DNA of 64,000 nucleotides, from the NCBI RefSeq assembly GCF_009914755.1, contig NC_060927.1; one strand, written 5' to 3'. Made by a program: the position numbers and the translations under genes. Below, one piece after another: positions 46,669-59,921 of this stretch. Numbering within the stretch: position 1 is the first letter of the stretch; each line of letters starts with the position of its first letter. This DNA comes from the human T2T-CHM13v2.0 reference genome, Homo sapiens. The notes under the pieces were generated by a model that saw nothing but the letters and a program-made list of their open reading frames with translations, ran no database searches and was not told where the DNA came from.

Positions 46669-48075
46669 TGAGGTTATTACTCCTATTATTAGTTGGGCAG
46701 TGTTATCAACCCACTATGACAGCACTCAACACTCAACTTACACATCCCAGAGCTTGTAATCCTCCTTTTGTAATTTTCCCACAACTTGTCATTTCCTTGT
46801 AACAGGGCTACAGAGCAGCTGGGCCTCCCAGCAAAAGGGTGAGATTTCCTATGGTGCTTTCATTTCCTCCCCATCCATTTAGTTCAAAAGTGCTGGTTGT
46901 GTTTGTGTTACAGGTTCATGTAGCTACACTGCTACACTGACACCACCACTACTGCAAAATTTCAGATTGAATTAATTTTCTTGTTCAAACGGGTTTTTTC
47001 TGACCCATATTTATGAACCAGCTTTGTGGTGTTCTTGATGGTTTCCTTTGGTGTGTTCTGTAATCTGAATTTCTTCTCTTTGGTGCCTCATTCCATGCGC
47101 TATTCTTGGTAGTTTTCATAGTGGAACACTAGGGGAAAAAATTATCCCGAGGAATATCATTTACTGTTTATTTAGTGTTGACAATGCGTTAGGCATTATG
47201 CTAAAGATTTTATACATTGCTTCGTTTAATCCTATCAAAAATTTTAGGTAGTTATTATCCCAGTACACATGGGGAAACTGAACTTTAGTCAGGTTAAGTG
47301 ATTTGTATGAGGTCTCATGGCCAGTAAGTGGAACAACCTAGATTCAAAATCAGTTCATATCATTCCAAAGCCCATAGTCAAAAATGTAGTTTATGGAATC
47401 TTTTAACTCATCTTTTAAAAATGTAATGAGTTTTTCAATAGCTCTTTCACACCCTACTGCGAGAGTATAAATGAATACACCCTTTCTGGAGGGCAATTTA
47501 GCAATACATATAAAAAGCTTTTTAAAATATTCTTATCCTTTAATCTAACAATTCCCATGCCTGAGTTTATGCTAAGGAAATAATCGTTGATATGTTCAAA
47601 GATTTTACCCTAAGGAAATTCAGGATGGCCATATTCATAATATGAAAAATTTGAAACAGGTTCTATGCCCAATAAAAGAGAATTGGCTAAATAAAGCATG
47701 ATACATAATCAATGAAATACCAAGTAGTAATTATAAATAATGTGGAAAAAGACTATGTAGTGACATAGAAATGTGTTCATGATATAAACACATGGTATGG
47801 TATGATAAATAACATAAATATATAGTATGGTAAATAACATATACAACATATGGTATGGTAAATAACATACCATAGGATTTCAGATTCAATCAATTTTTAA
47901 AAAATAGATACTACAAAATAAACTGAAAGAGAAATGATATCAAACTAGGACATGAATATGTAACATATATCTAAAAATGTGAAAAGCTGTGAGATGAAGT
48001 AAGGTGCTGGAATTAAGACTAATTTTTATTCTTTTATCTTTTTTACTATGTAATAATTTTTAGTTGACATTTACT

Positions 48076-48342
48076 TTTTTTTAACTTTTTGGTTTTGGTT
48101 TTTGGGGTTTTTTGTTTGTTTGTTTGTTTTGTTTTGTTTTGTTTTTGAGGCAAGGTCTCGCTCTGTCACCCAGGCTGGAGTGCGGTGGTGAAATCACAGC
48201 TCACTGCAGCCTTGACCTCCCCAGGCTCAAGTGATCCTCCCACCTCAGCCTCCCAAGTAGCTGGGACTACAGGCGTGCCCCACCATGCCCAGCAAATGTT
48301 TGTATTTTTTGTAGAGATGGGGTTTCACCATGTTGCCCAGGA
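48076..48342 (-). mobile_element. Partial AluJ
   Basis: 'cacagctcactgcagccttgacctcccc' J-type right arm; left arm truncated. Confidence 0.85.
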
Positions 48343-48397
48343 TGGTGGTTATTTTTTTAATAGGAAAATTGTCTGCATGTTGTCCCCTTTGCTACCC

Positions 48398-48698
48398 CCA
48401 GTTTTACTGAGGTATAATTCACAAATAAAATTATATATGTTTAAGATGTATAATGTGATGATTTGACATATGTAAATATTGTGAAATGATTACTATAATC
48501 AAGCTAGTTAACATATCCATCACCTCACCTCAGTTACCTTTTTTTTGTATGTGTGGTCACAACATTAAAGATCTATTATCTTTGCCAATTTCAAGTGTAC
48601 AATACAGTATTATTAACTACAACCAAGATGCTGTACATTAGAGCACCAGAATTTATTCATCTTAGAGCTGAAAGTGTGTACCCTTTGACCAACATCTC
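48398..48698 (-). mobile_element. L1MA (7-10-like) 3' end
   Basis: 'tactgaggtataattcacaaataaaattatatatgtttaag...ccctttgaccaacatctc'. Confidence 0.75.
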
Positions 48699-51269
48699 TT
48701 TGGACTTCCATCTTGGGCATTTCCTCTGTTGGTGTTTTTATGCTAACTCCTTGGTCATTTTTTTGCCCACCAACCTGGTGGGCTGAGCTTGGGAGCTAAT
48801 CATTTGGCCTGGAAATATTGGCACAAAACTGAACTTTTGTCTGGTGCTGTGTGTCCTTGTGTGGCTCCAGTGGGAAATTCATAACTTGTTTGAGCAAAGC
48901 AAGCTAACTAACTAAATGTCCTTTCCACCTCCCTCTACTAGTTTTGTGAACTCCAGCAGCCCTTATTTTTTCCTCTAGAGTTTAGTAGCTATCTTTCTTT
49001 ACCCTCACTCACATTGTGAAGGAAATCCTGTACTTTTTTAAAAATTACAAGACCTTTGACCGATGTTCATATTTATCAGTGTTCCCATTTTATATTTATA
49101 ATTTCCCCCATAACCAAATAAGCATTTCTGTAGACACAACATTCTGTCTCCTCAGTTTCTTTAATAACTCTTTTTTTCTTAATTTGGGTTTTCATTTGTT
49201 TTTCTTCTCTTTTGACTCAGGGTGTTTTGTTTGATCCAGTGTCAGGACTAGGCCACTTCCCAACTGCCTTGTGCTGTTGATTCATATCGATCTCCTAAAC
49301 TCATCACATCGCCTCCCCTTCTTTCAGGCTTCAAGATGTCCTTGCAGAGTGCCCCATTCCTTCTTCAGCTTTTCTTTCTGCTGTCATCACTTTGATCATC
49401 TGCCTGCCAGCTTTGGCTTCCTTCATTGAACCCCTTTCATTCCTCGCCTATAAAGTCCACCTATCAGTCTCTCATCTATTTTTATTCTTCATTGACTGTT
49501 TCAACTGCTAGTCCTGAGTCTAATCATTTAAGCCTTTGATTTGGGCCTTCCCTGAAGCATTTTTTCAGATCTTTTAAAAAATGTCTCACCACTCTGACTT
49601 CTCAGAGCTCTGCAGAGCTTTCTGACTGATGCTTTTTTCTTTAGGTCATAATTGATTATAGAAGGAATAATTAACCTCAGGAGATAAAATACTGAAACAA
49701 CATCAATTAGCATTCCTTCTATTAAAAAAGTTTAGATGAAAAGCAAGTCGTCTCCATAAAGAGCAAATTATCTGTAGCCAACTCAGAGAAAAGGATTTAT
49801 GACACAGAATTTCCACCTCTCAGAATAAATGCTGAGGAGATGATCAGACAAATGTTAAATAAGTACTTGAAAGTAAGTAATTGAAATGTTATTTGTAGTA
49901 GTAAAAACTTAAGAAATATCTTAAATGCCCACCAGTACACAATTGGCTATGTGAATTTTGACTCATGCATACTGTGAATTACTAGGAGTCATTAAATATT
50001 ATGTTTTTGTGATAATATGTATGTATTTATGATAACAAATATATATTTTGAATAAAAGTTGCAGACCAGAATGTATAATATGATCCCATTTCTGTAAAAA
50101 TTGTATATGTATGTGTATATATAATCACTGAAATAAGGTCTCTTGGTGATGGGCTTTTTGAGGGATTTTTTATTTTTTGTTTCTTTTTGTTTCTTCTTCC
50201 TACTTTTCTACATCATTCGTGTATTTTACAGTTAGGAAATGTTGTTTTTTAGGCAAATAAAACAACTACTAGTTTCTTAGTGAATTACATAGCTAACTTC
50301 ATTTTTTGATTGTTCATTTTATATCTTCCTAACATTTTACTATGAAATTACTCAAAAAATTTTTCTTTTTATTATAAAATTGTCATTCATACTAGAGATA
50401 ATATGTTTTATATATACATATATATGAGAGGATATATATATATATGGGGGATAAAGAATAATTATAAAATGGACACCTGTATTCCCAAATTCAGCTTAAG
50501 AAAATTAATTCTTTGAAACTTCTTTGTATTCCTAATCAAATCTTTCCTGCTCTTTCCTCCAGAGAAGTAATCATTCCCAAATTTGAATTTCAAATTCCCT
50601 CTTTTTATAGATTTATGATATTTACATATTCAGTTCATTATGCTACTACTTGTGTTACTGTAATGCACATTAGTTCATAAACAATAAGTAAATAAGGGAA
50701 TTGCGTCAATATACATGGAAGTCACATTGCTTATACATCTTTCCCCATACATAAATGATCTGTACCACCAAGGAACTGCAGCTGCCTGCAGGGTACACTA
50801 ACACAGCTGAATACAGCAAGCTGTGAATTTCTGTACATGGAACTCATCCACTGCAAGTTCTTCCTCTTGGCTCGCTTTGGCCTTCTATTCAATCTGAGAA
50901 GTGCTTATTATATAGTTCTTCCTGATCTTTGGGCATTTTATCCTAAGGTAGCTTCTTCAACCCTTCCTTAAACCTTCTCCTAAGAAATTATCTTCCTTTT
51001 TTCTATATGCTGAATTATTGTATTTGCAGTGGTGTTTATTTAATGTAAATGGAGAAAGTAGTATTTATTGATTAAGAATGTAATTTGCCTTATAATTTTC
51101 CCAGTGTTTTATTAGGATTTTTATTGTTTTATTAAATTCTGGTTACAAAATTATAGAGGATTATTTCTCTTTTTTCTGTGTAAAAATAGTCCATAATCTG
51201 TTACTTTTAATCCTTAGTTTTGCAGAATGTGAGGGTTTAAAAAAACACATATATTACCAAAAAGAAAAG

Positions 51270-51978
<709 letters not shown>

Positions 51979-52586
51979 CACACATACATATATTACCTTA
52001 TACCAGAAACAGCTGTTTCTGGTATATTAAACAATATATTGTTTAATGTTGCATTGTTTTGAGTTTTGTACAAATGGAGTCATGCTCTTTGCACTTTTTC
52101 AATTTTTTAAAAAATGTATTATATTCGTGAGAGTAATCCATGTTAATGACTATCACTGTAGTTTATTCATTTTTACTGCTGTTTAGAATTTCAGTGTATA
52201 AGTGTGCCAAAATTTATTTATCTGTTCTTCTGTCAGTGGAGCAGTTGGTATTTGTGGTTTCCTGCTGTTATAAAAAATGTTATCAATATTTTTGTATGAT
52301 TCTTTGGCACATGTACAAAAGTCTCTAGGGAATTATACCTAGGAGTAAAAAACATTTATGCTTATTAGACAATGCAAAATGGATTTCCAAAGTGATTTTA
52401 CCCATTTAAACTTGTTCATTAGTGTAAGAGAGAGCTCAGCTAAGCACATCCTTGCCAACAGTTGAATCATTGCCAAATTGTTGCAGTTTCAATTCGATTA
52501 CCAATGAGTATATGCTTCTTCTCTTTGTCCATTCATATTTTTTTCTCCATGTAATGCTTGTGAATATCTTTTGCCCATTGCTTTTC

Positions 52587-54100
52587 TTTTTTTTTTTTTT
52601 TTTTTTTTTTTTATTGATCATTCTTGGGTGTTTCTCGCAGAGGGGGATTTGGCAGGGTCATAGGACAATAGTGGAGGGAAGGTCAGCAGATAAACAAGTG
52701 AACAAAGGTCCCTGGTTTTCCCAGGCAGAGGACCCTGCGGCCTTCCGCAGTGTTTGTGTCCCTGGGTACTTGAGATTAGGGAGTGGTGACGACTCCCAAC
52801 GAGCATGTTGCCTTCAAGCATCTGTTTAACAAAGCACATCTTGTACCGCCCTTAATCCATTTAACCCTGAGTGGACACAGCACATGCTTCAGAGAGCACA
52901 GGGTTGGGGGTAAGGTCATAGATCAACAGGATCCCAAGGCAGAAGAACCTTTCCCAGTACAGAACAAAATGAAAAGTCTCCCATGTCTACCTCTCTCCAC
53001 ACAGACACAGCAACCATCCGATTTCTCAATCTTTTCCCCACCTTTCCCCCTTTTCTATTCCACAAAACCGCCATTGTCATCATGGCCTGCTCTCAATGAG
53101 CTGTTGGGTACACCTCCCAGACGGGGTGGTGGCTGGGCAGAGGGGCTCCTCACTTCCCAGTAGGGGCAGCCGGGCAGAGGCACTCCTCACCTCCCAGACA
53201 GGGCGGCTGGCCGGGCGGGGGCGACCCCCCACCTCCCTCCCGGACGGGGCGGCTGGCCAGGCGGGGGCTGACCCCCACCTCCCTCCCGGACGGGGCGGCT
53301 GGCTTGGTGGAGACGCTCCTCACTTCCCAGACGGGGTGGCTGCCGGGCGGAGGGTCTCCTCACTTCTCAGACGGGGCAGCGGGGCAGAGGTGCTCCCCAC
53401 ATCTCAGACGATGGGCGGCCGGGCAGAGACGCTCCTCACTTCCTAGATGGGATGGCGGCCGGGAAGAGGCGCTCCTCACTTCCTAGATGGGATGGCGGCC
53501 GGGCAGAGACGCTCCTCACTTTCCAGACTGGGCAGCCAGGCAGAGGGGCTCCTCACATCCCAGATGATGGGCAGCCAGGCAGAGACGCTCCTCACTTCCC
53601 AGATGGGGTGGCAGCCGGGCAGAGGCTGCAATCTCGGCACTTTGGGAGGCCAAGGCAGGCGGCTGGGAGGTGGAGGTTGTAGCGAGCCGAGATCACACCA
53701 CTGCACTCCAGCCTGGGCACCATTGAGCACTGAGTGAACCAGACTCCGTCTGCAATCCCGGCACCTCGGGAGGCCAAGGCTGGCAGATCACTCGCAGCTA
53801 GGAGCTGGAGACCAGCCCGGCCAACACAGCGAAACCCCGTCTCCACCAAAAAATCCGAAAACCAGTCAGGCGTGGTGGCGCGCGCCTGCAATGGCAGGCA
53901 CTGGGCAGGCTGAGGCAGGAGAATCAGGCAGGGAGGTTGCAGTGAGCCGAGATGGCAGCAGTACAGTCCAGCTTCGGCTCGGCATCAGAGGGAGACCGTG
54001 GAAAGAGAGGGAGAGGGAGACCGTGGAAAGAGAGGGAGAGGGAGACCATGGGGAGAGGGAGAGGGAGACCGTGGGGAGAGGGAGAGGGAGAGGGAGAGAG
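52587..54100 (-). mobile_element. SVA retrotransposon (C/D-like) carrying an A>G hypermutated SINE-R
   Basis: poly(T), SINE-R, short VNTR, Alu-like region, (AGAGGG)n head; TSD gcccattgcttttc (52573-52586) / gcccattgtttttc (54101-54114). Confidence 0.97.
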
Positions 54101-54879
54101 GCCCATTGTTTTTCAAGTGGGAGGTTTCTATTTTTCTTTCAATAGGAATGCTATATATTCTGGATACTAATCTTTTGCATTTACATTGCTGTAACTATCA
54201 TCTTCCAATTTGTGGCTTATTTCACTTTTAGGTTGTTTTTATGAACAGTGCTTCTTAATTTAATGTAATTGAATTTATCATTTTTTCTTTCACCTTTTGT
54301 GGTTTTTTTGCTAAGAAACCTTTCTTAAGAATAGTTATAAAGACATTCTCCTATAATTTCTTCTAAATTCTTAAAAGTTTTTCCTATCACATTTAAATCT
54401 TCAAGGCATTTGCAATTGATTTTTGTGTATGATTTGAGTACAGATTCAAATTAATTTTTTCCACATGGATAACCAGTTGCCTCAATACTGTTATAGAATA
54501 GTCTGCCCTTTCTCCTACCAATACACAGTACCATCTGTCAATTATCAAGGTCCCGGGTATGCATGAGTCTGCTTCTGAGCTCTGTTCTGTACTGTTTGTC
54601 TTCCCTGCCATTATCAACTATCTCAATTATTCCAGCCAAGTATTAAACTTTGGGAGCAGATAGGGTGAGCCTCCCTTCTGTGTTCTTTTTCTTCTGAGGT
54701 ATTGACTGTTTCCAGCTCTTTGCTTGTCCACATAACTTATAAGAATCAACTAGCCAAGTTGTGCATTTGCGACACACACATACACCTATTGAGATTTTTT
54801 ATTAGAACTGCGGTGAATTTGGACAGAGCTGACATTCCAACAATATTGAGCCTTCCTATCTGTATGAACACAGGAGAGA

Positions 54880-55463
54880 CAGTCATGGGTTGCTTTACAA
54901 TGGGGATATGTTCTGAAAAATGCGTTGTTAGGTGATTTCATTATTGTTCGAACATCACAGAGTACACGTACCCAAACCTAGATGGTATAGCCTACTTACA
55001 CCTAGCTATATGGGTATAGCCAATTGCTCCTAGGCTACAAACCTGTACAGCATGTGCCTGTATTGAATTCTTGTGGGCAGTTGTAACACAGTGATAACTA
55101 TTTGTCTGTCTAAACATATAGAAACATAGAAAAGGTACAGTAAAAAATGGTATAAAAGGCCAAAAAAAGGGTACATGTGTATAATAAGGTACTTACCATG
55201 AATGGGACTTGCAGGACTGGAAATTGCTCTGGGTGAGTCAGTGAGCGAGTGATGAGTGAATGTGAAGGCCTAGGACTCACTGTGCACTACTGTAGACTTT
55301 ATAAACACTGTACACTTAGGCTATACTAAATTTATCTTTAAAAATAAAGTAATTGTACTATGATGTTGGGATAGGTAAGATGTCACTATGTGATAGGAAT
55401 TTTTTAGCTCCATCATAATTTTATGGGACCACCATGGTATATGCAGTTTGTAGTGTATGACTA
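54880..55463. mobile_element. Tigger3 (3b-like) non-autonomous DNA transposon
   Basis: Termini 'cagtcatg...' and '...tatgacta'; 'aaacctagatggtatagcctac'. Confidence 0.85.
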
Positions 55464-55544
55464 TATTTAGATTTTCTTTAATGTCTTTCAGCATTTGAAT
55501 TTTTCTCCATAAAGTTCTTATACATCTTTAGTTTATTTTCCGTT

Positions 55545-58500
55545 TTTTCATTTTTTTTAATTGATGAATAATAGACATACATAGTTTGTGGATACCTGTG
55601 ATAATTTAATACATTCATGTATCTAGTACAGATGAAATCAGTGTACTTGGGATATCCATCACCTTAAATACTTGTCATTTTTTAGGCTAGGACCATTCCA
55701 ATTCTTCTCTTCTAGCTATTTTGAAATATACAATAGATTATTGTAAACTAAAGTCACCCTGCTGATCTATCTAAACACTGTCTTATTTATTTTATCAAAC
55801 CTTGTATTTGTACCCATTAATCAAGTTCTCTTCATCCCCCAAGCCTCTGGTGACCACTAGTCTCCTCTCTGTTTTCATGAGATCCACTTTTTAGCCCCCA
55901 TATGTAAATGAGAACATGCGATATTTGTCTTTCTATGCTTGGCTTATTTTACTTACTATAATGATCTCTAGTTCCATCCACGTTACAATAAATGACAGGA
56001 CTTCATTCTTTTTTATGGTTGAATAATATTCCATTGCGGACAGGCCCCATATTTTCTTAATTTATTCATCCGTTGATGGGCACTTCAGGTTGATTCCATA
56101 TTTTGGCTATTGTGAGCAGTGCTGCAATAAACATAGGAGTGCAAATATCTTCTTGATATATTGACTTTTTTAGATATCTGTCCAGTAGTGGAATTGTTAG
56201 ATCATATGGTAGTTCTATTTTTCATTTTTTGAGGAACCTCCAAGCTATTCTCCATAGTGGCTGTACTAATTTACATCCTCACCAACAGTGTATGAAGGTT
56301 CCCCTTTCTCCTCATTCTCACTAACATTTATTATTGCCTGTCTTTTTTATAAAAACCGATTTAACTGGGCTAAGATAATATCATGTTATAGTATGATTTG
56401 CATGTCTCTGATGATACATGATGTTGAGTATTTTTTCATATACTTGTCAACCATTTGTATGTCTTCTTTTGAGAAATGTCTATTCAGATCTTTTGCCCAT
56501 TTTTTAATTGCATTATTCATTTTTTTGCTATTGAGTTGTTTTGAGTTCTTTATATATTCTGGTTATTAATCCCTTGTCAGATGGGCAGTTTGTATGTATT
56601 TTCTCCCATTCTGTGGGTTGTCTCTCCACTTTGTTGATTGTTTCTTTTGCTGTAAAGAAGCTTTTTAGTTTGATGTAATCCCATTTTTCTATTTTTCCTT
56701 TTTGTTATTTGTGCTTATGAAGTCTTACCCAAAAAAATCCTTGCCCAGACCAATGTCCCGAAGCATTTCCTGAGTGCTTTCTTCTGTTAATTTCATAGTT
56801 TCGGGTCTTATATTTTTAAATCAATTTTGACTTGATTTTGGTGTATGGTGAGAGACAGGAGTCTAGTTTCATTCTTCTGCATATGGGAAGTTACCAGTTT
56901 TCCCAGCACCACTTATTGAAGAGACTATGATTTCCCCATTGTATGTTTGTGGCACCTTTATCAAAGCTGACTTGGCTGTAAATGCATGGATTTCTATCTG
57001 GGTTCTCTCTTCTGTTCCATTGTTCTACATGTCTGTTTTTTTATGCCATTATGCTGATTTTGTTACTATAGCTTTGTAGTAAATTTTAAAGTCAAGTAGT
57101 GTGATGCCTCTGGCTTTGTTCTTTGCTCTTTGGCTATTCAGGGTCTTTTGTAGTTCCTTGTAAATTTTAGGATTTTATTTTCTATTTCTGTGAAGAATGT
57201 CATTGGTCCTTTGATAGGGATTGCATTGAATCTGTAAGTTGCTTTGGGTACTATTGTCACTTTAACAATAACAATTCTTCTAATCCATGAGCATGGAATA
57301 GCTTTTCATTTTTTGTGTGTGTCCTCTTCAATTTCTTTTATCAGTGTTTTATAGCTTTCCTTATATAGATTTTTCACTTATTTGATTAAATTTATTCCTA
57401 GATATTTTATATTCTTTGTAGCTATTATAAATAGGATTTTTTTATGATTTCTTTTTCAGATTGTTCACTGGTGGTGTATATAAATGTTACTGATTTTTGA
57501 GTGTTGATTTTTGTATCCTGCAGCTTTACTGAATTCATTTGTCAGTTCTAATAGTTTTTTGGTGGAGTCTTTAGGTTTTTCTCATTATAAGATCATGTTG
57601 TCTGTAGATAAGGCTAATTTGACTTCTTCCTTTCCTATTTGGATGTTCTTTATTTCTTTCTTTTGCCTAATTATTCTAGCCAAGGACTTCCAGTGCTGCA
57701 TTGAATAAAAGTGGTATAAATAGTCATCCTTGTTTTCTTCCATATTGTAAAGGAAAGTCCTTTAATTTTTCTCCATTCACTATGATGTTAGGTGTGGCTT
57801 TGTCATGTATGGTCTTTATTGTTTTAGAGGTATGATCCTTCTATGCCCAGTTTGATGAGGGTTTTTTTTTTTATCATAAAGATACGTTGAATTTTATCAA
57901 ATGCCCTTTAAATATCTATTAAAATCATACAGTTTTTGTTGTTGGTTCTGTTAATGTGATGTTTCATGGTTATTGATTTGAGTATGTGGAACCATCCTTG
58001 CATCCCTGGGATGAATCCTACTTAATCATGGTGAATGATTTTTTTAATGTGTTGTTGCATTCATTGTGCTAGTATTTTGTTGAGAATTTTTACATCTATG
58101 TCTATCAGGAATAGTGGCCTGTAAGTTTTCTTTTTTTGCTGTGTCCTCATCTGGTTTTGGTATCAGGATAACGCTGACCTCGAACAATGAGTTTGTAAGT
58201 ATTCTCTCTTCTTTAATTTTTTTGAAGTGTTTGGGTAGAGTTGGTATTAATTCTTCTTTAAACATTTGATGGAATTCATCAGTGAAGCATCAGGTCCTGG
58301 GCTTTTCTTTGATGAGAGACTTTTATTATGGCTTCTATTTCATTACTCAATATTGGTTTATTGAGGTTTTGCATTTCCTCATGTTTCAACCTTCGTAGAT
58401 TGTATGTGTCCAGGAATTTATCCATTTCTTCTAGATTTTCCAGTTTGTTGGCACAATAGTCATAGCAGTCTCTAATGATTCTTTGTAATTCTTCAGTCTC

Positions 58501-58735
58501 AATTGTTGTTTCCTTTTTTTGCTTCTGATAGTATTTAGTTGGGGCTTCTCTTTTTTTCTTATTTACTCTAGTCAAAAGTTTGTGAATTTTGTTTATCTTT
58601 TCAAAAAAACAATTTTTCATTTTGTCGACCCATTTTTTTAAGTCTCAATTTCATTTATATCTGCTCTAATTTTATTATTTCTTTCCATTAATTTGGGGTT
58701 TGGTTTGTTCTTGCTTTTGTAGTTCCGTGAGGTGC
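55545..58735 (-). mobile_element. L1MA-type 3' part (3'UTR plus ORF2 RT region)
   Basis: Minus ORFs NKLENLEEMDKFLDTYNL and FKEELIPTL. Confidence 0.9.
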
Positions 58736-59327
58736 ATATTAGCAAATATTAATAGCTCTAAAGGGAGAGATAGACTGCAATACAATGGTATTGTATTGCA
58801 AAGTCCCCTACAACAAGTAGAGGACTTTAACACCTCATGCTCAGTAATGGGCAGATCAGACAGAAAATCAACAGGAAAACATCAGAGTTAAACTACACAA
58901 CACACCTAATAGGCCTAACTGACATTTATAGAACATTTCACCCAACTGCTGTAGAATACACATTATTTTCATCAGCACATGAAACATTCTCCAAATAGAC
59001 CATATCTTAGGCCACAAAACAAGTCCAAACACATTTTTTAAAAAATAGAAATTATATCAAGTATCTTTTCTGACTACTATGAAATAAAACTAGAAATCAA
59101 TGAGAAGAGGAACTTCGGAAACTTCACAAACACATGGAAATTAAACACTATGTTTCTGAACACCAATGAGTCAATGAAGAAATTAAGAAGGACATTTTAA
59201 AATGTCTTGAAATGAATGAAAATGGAAATGCAACGTACTAAAATCTATGGGATACAACAAAAGCAGTACTAAGAAGGAGGTTCATAGCAATAAAGATGCT
59301 TATATCAAAAAAGTAGAAAGACTTCAA
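58736..59327 (+). mobile_element. Inverted 5' segment of the same L1 (endonuclease region)
   Basis: Sense ORF2 EN sequence ending at 'aaagtagaaagacttcaa', just upstream in L1 coordinates of where the antisense part stops. Confidence 0.8.
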
Positions 59328-59814
59328 TGGTTCATTTTATTTTTCAGAAAATTACTTTTCGTTACTGTTGTAAGTAGCAACTACTTGTAATAAACTTCAT
59401 TCCTAAGAATAAACTTCTTTGCTGAGAAGGAAGTAAATAAACTTCCTTCCTGAAAAGGAAGTTCATAGCATTAACTCTGTTGTTTCCCTGTTGATTTTCT
59501 CTGTGAATGATTGGTCCGTTACTGAGAGTGGGTGTGAAAGTCCCCTACTATTACTGTATTGCAGTCTATCTCTCCCTTTAGGTCTAATAATAACAAAATG
59601 TGTTATTATTATAGCAAAAGTAGTACTAAGAAGGGAGTTCATAGCAATAAATGAATATCTCAAAAAAGTGGAAAAACTTGAATAGTTCATGTTATTTTTG
59701 AGAAACTTTTAAGTAGTATCTACTTACAAAGTATATATTTCACTTATCAATTATTAATGGAAATACAAATGATTCTTTTATACTTTATATCAAGCAACTT
59801 TGCTAAATTCTCTC

Positions 59815-59921
59815 TTTGTTTTTTCTTTAGACGGGTCTCACCATGCTGCTTAAGCTGGGCTCAAGTGATTCTCCCACCTTAGCCTCTTGAGCAGCTAGGA
59901 ATACAGTCACCACACCCAGCC
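59815..59921 (-). mobile_element. FLAM-like Alu monomer
   Basis: Short antisense left-monomer sequence. Confidence 0.7.

Noticed and set aside
46287-46802. 171-aa hydrophobic ORF
   Set aside because: Produced by the CT-rich low-complexity tract, with a non-ATG start.
50630-51260. Possible ancient TcMar/Tigger-like element; similar unclassified stretch at about 38450-38760
   Set aside because: I could not identify TIRs or a family with confidence by eye.
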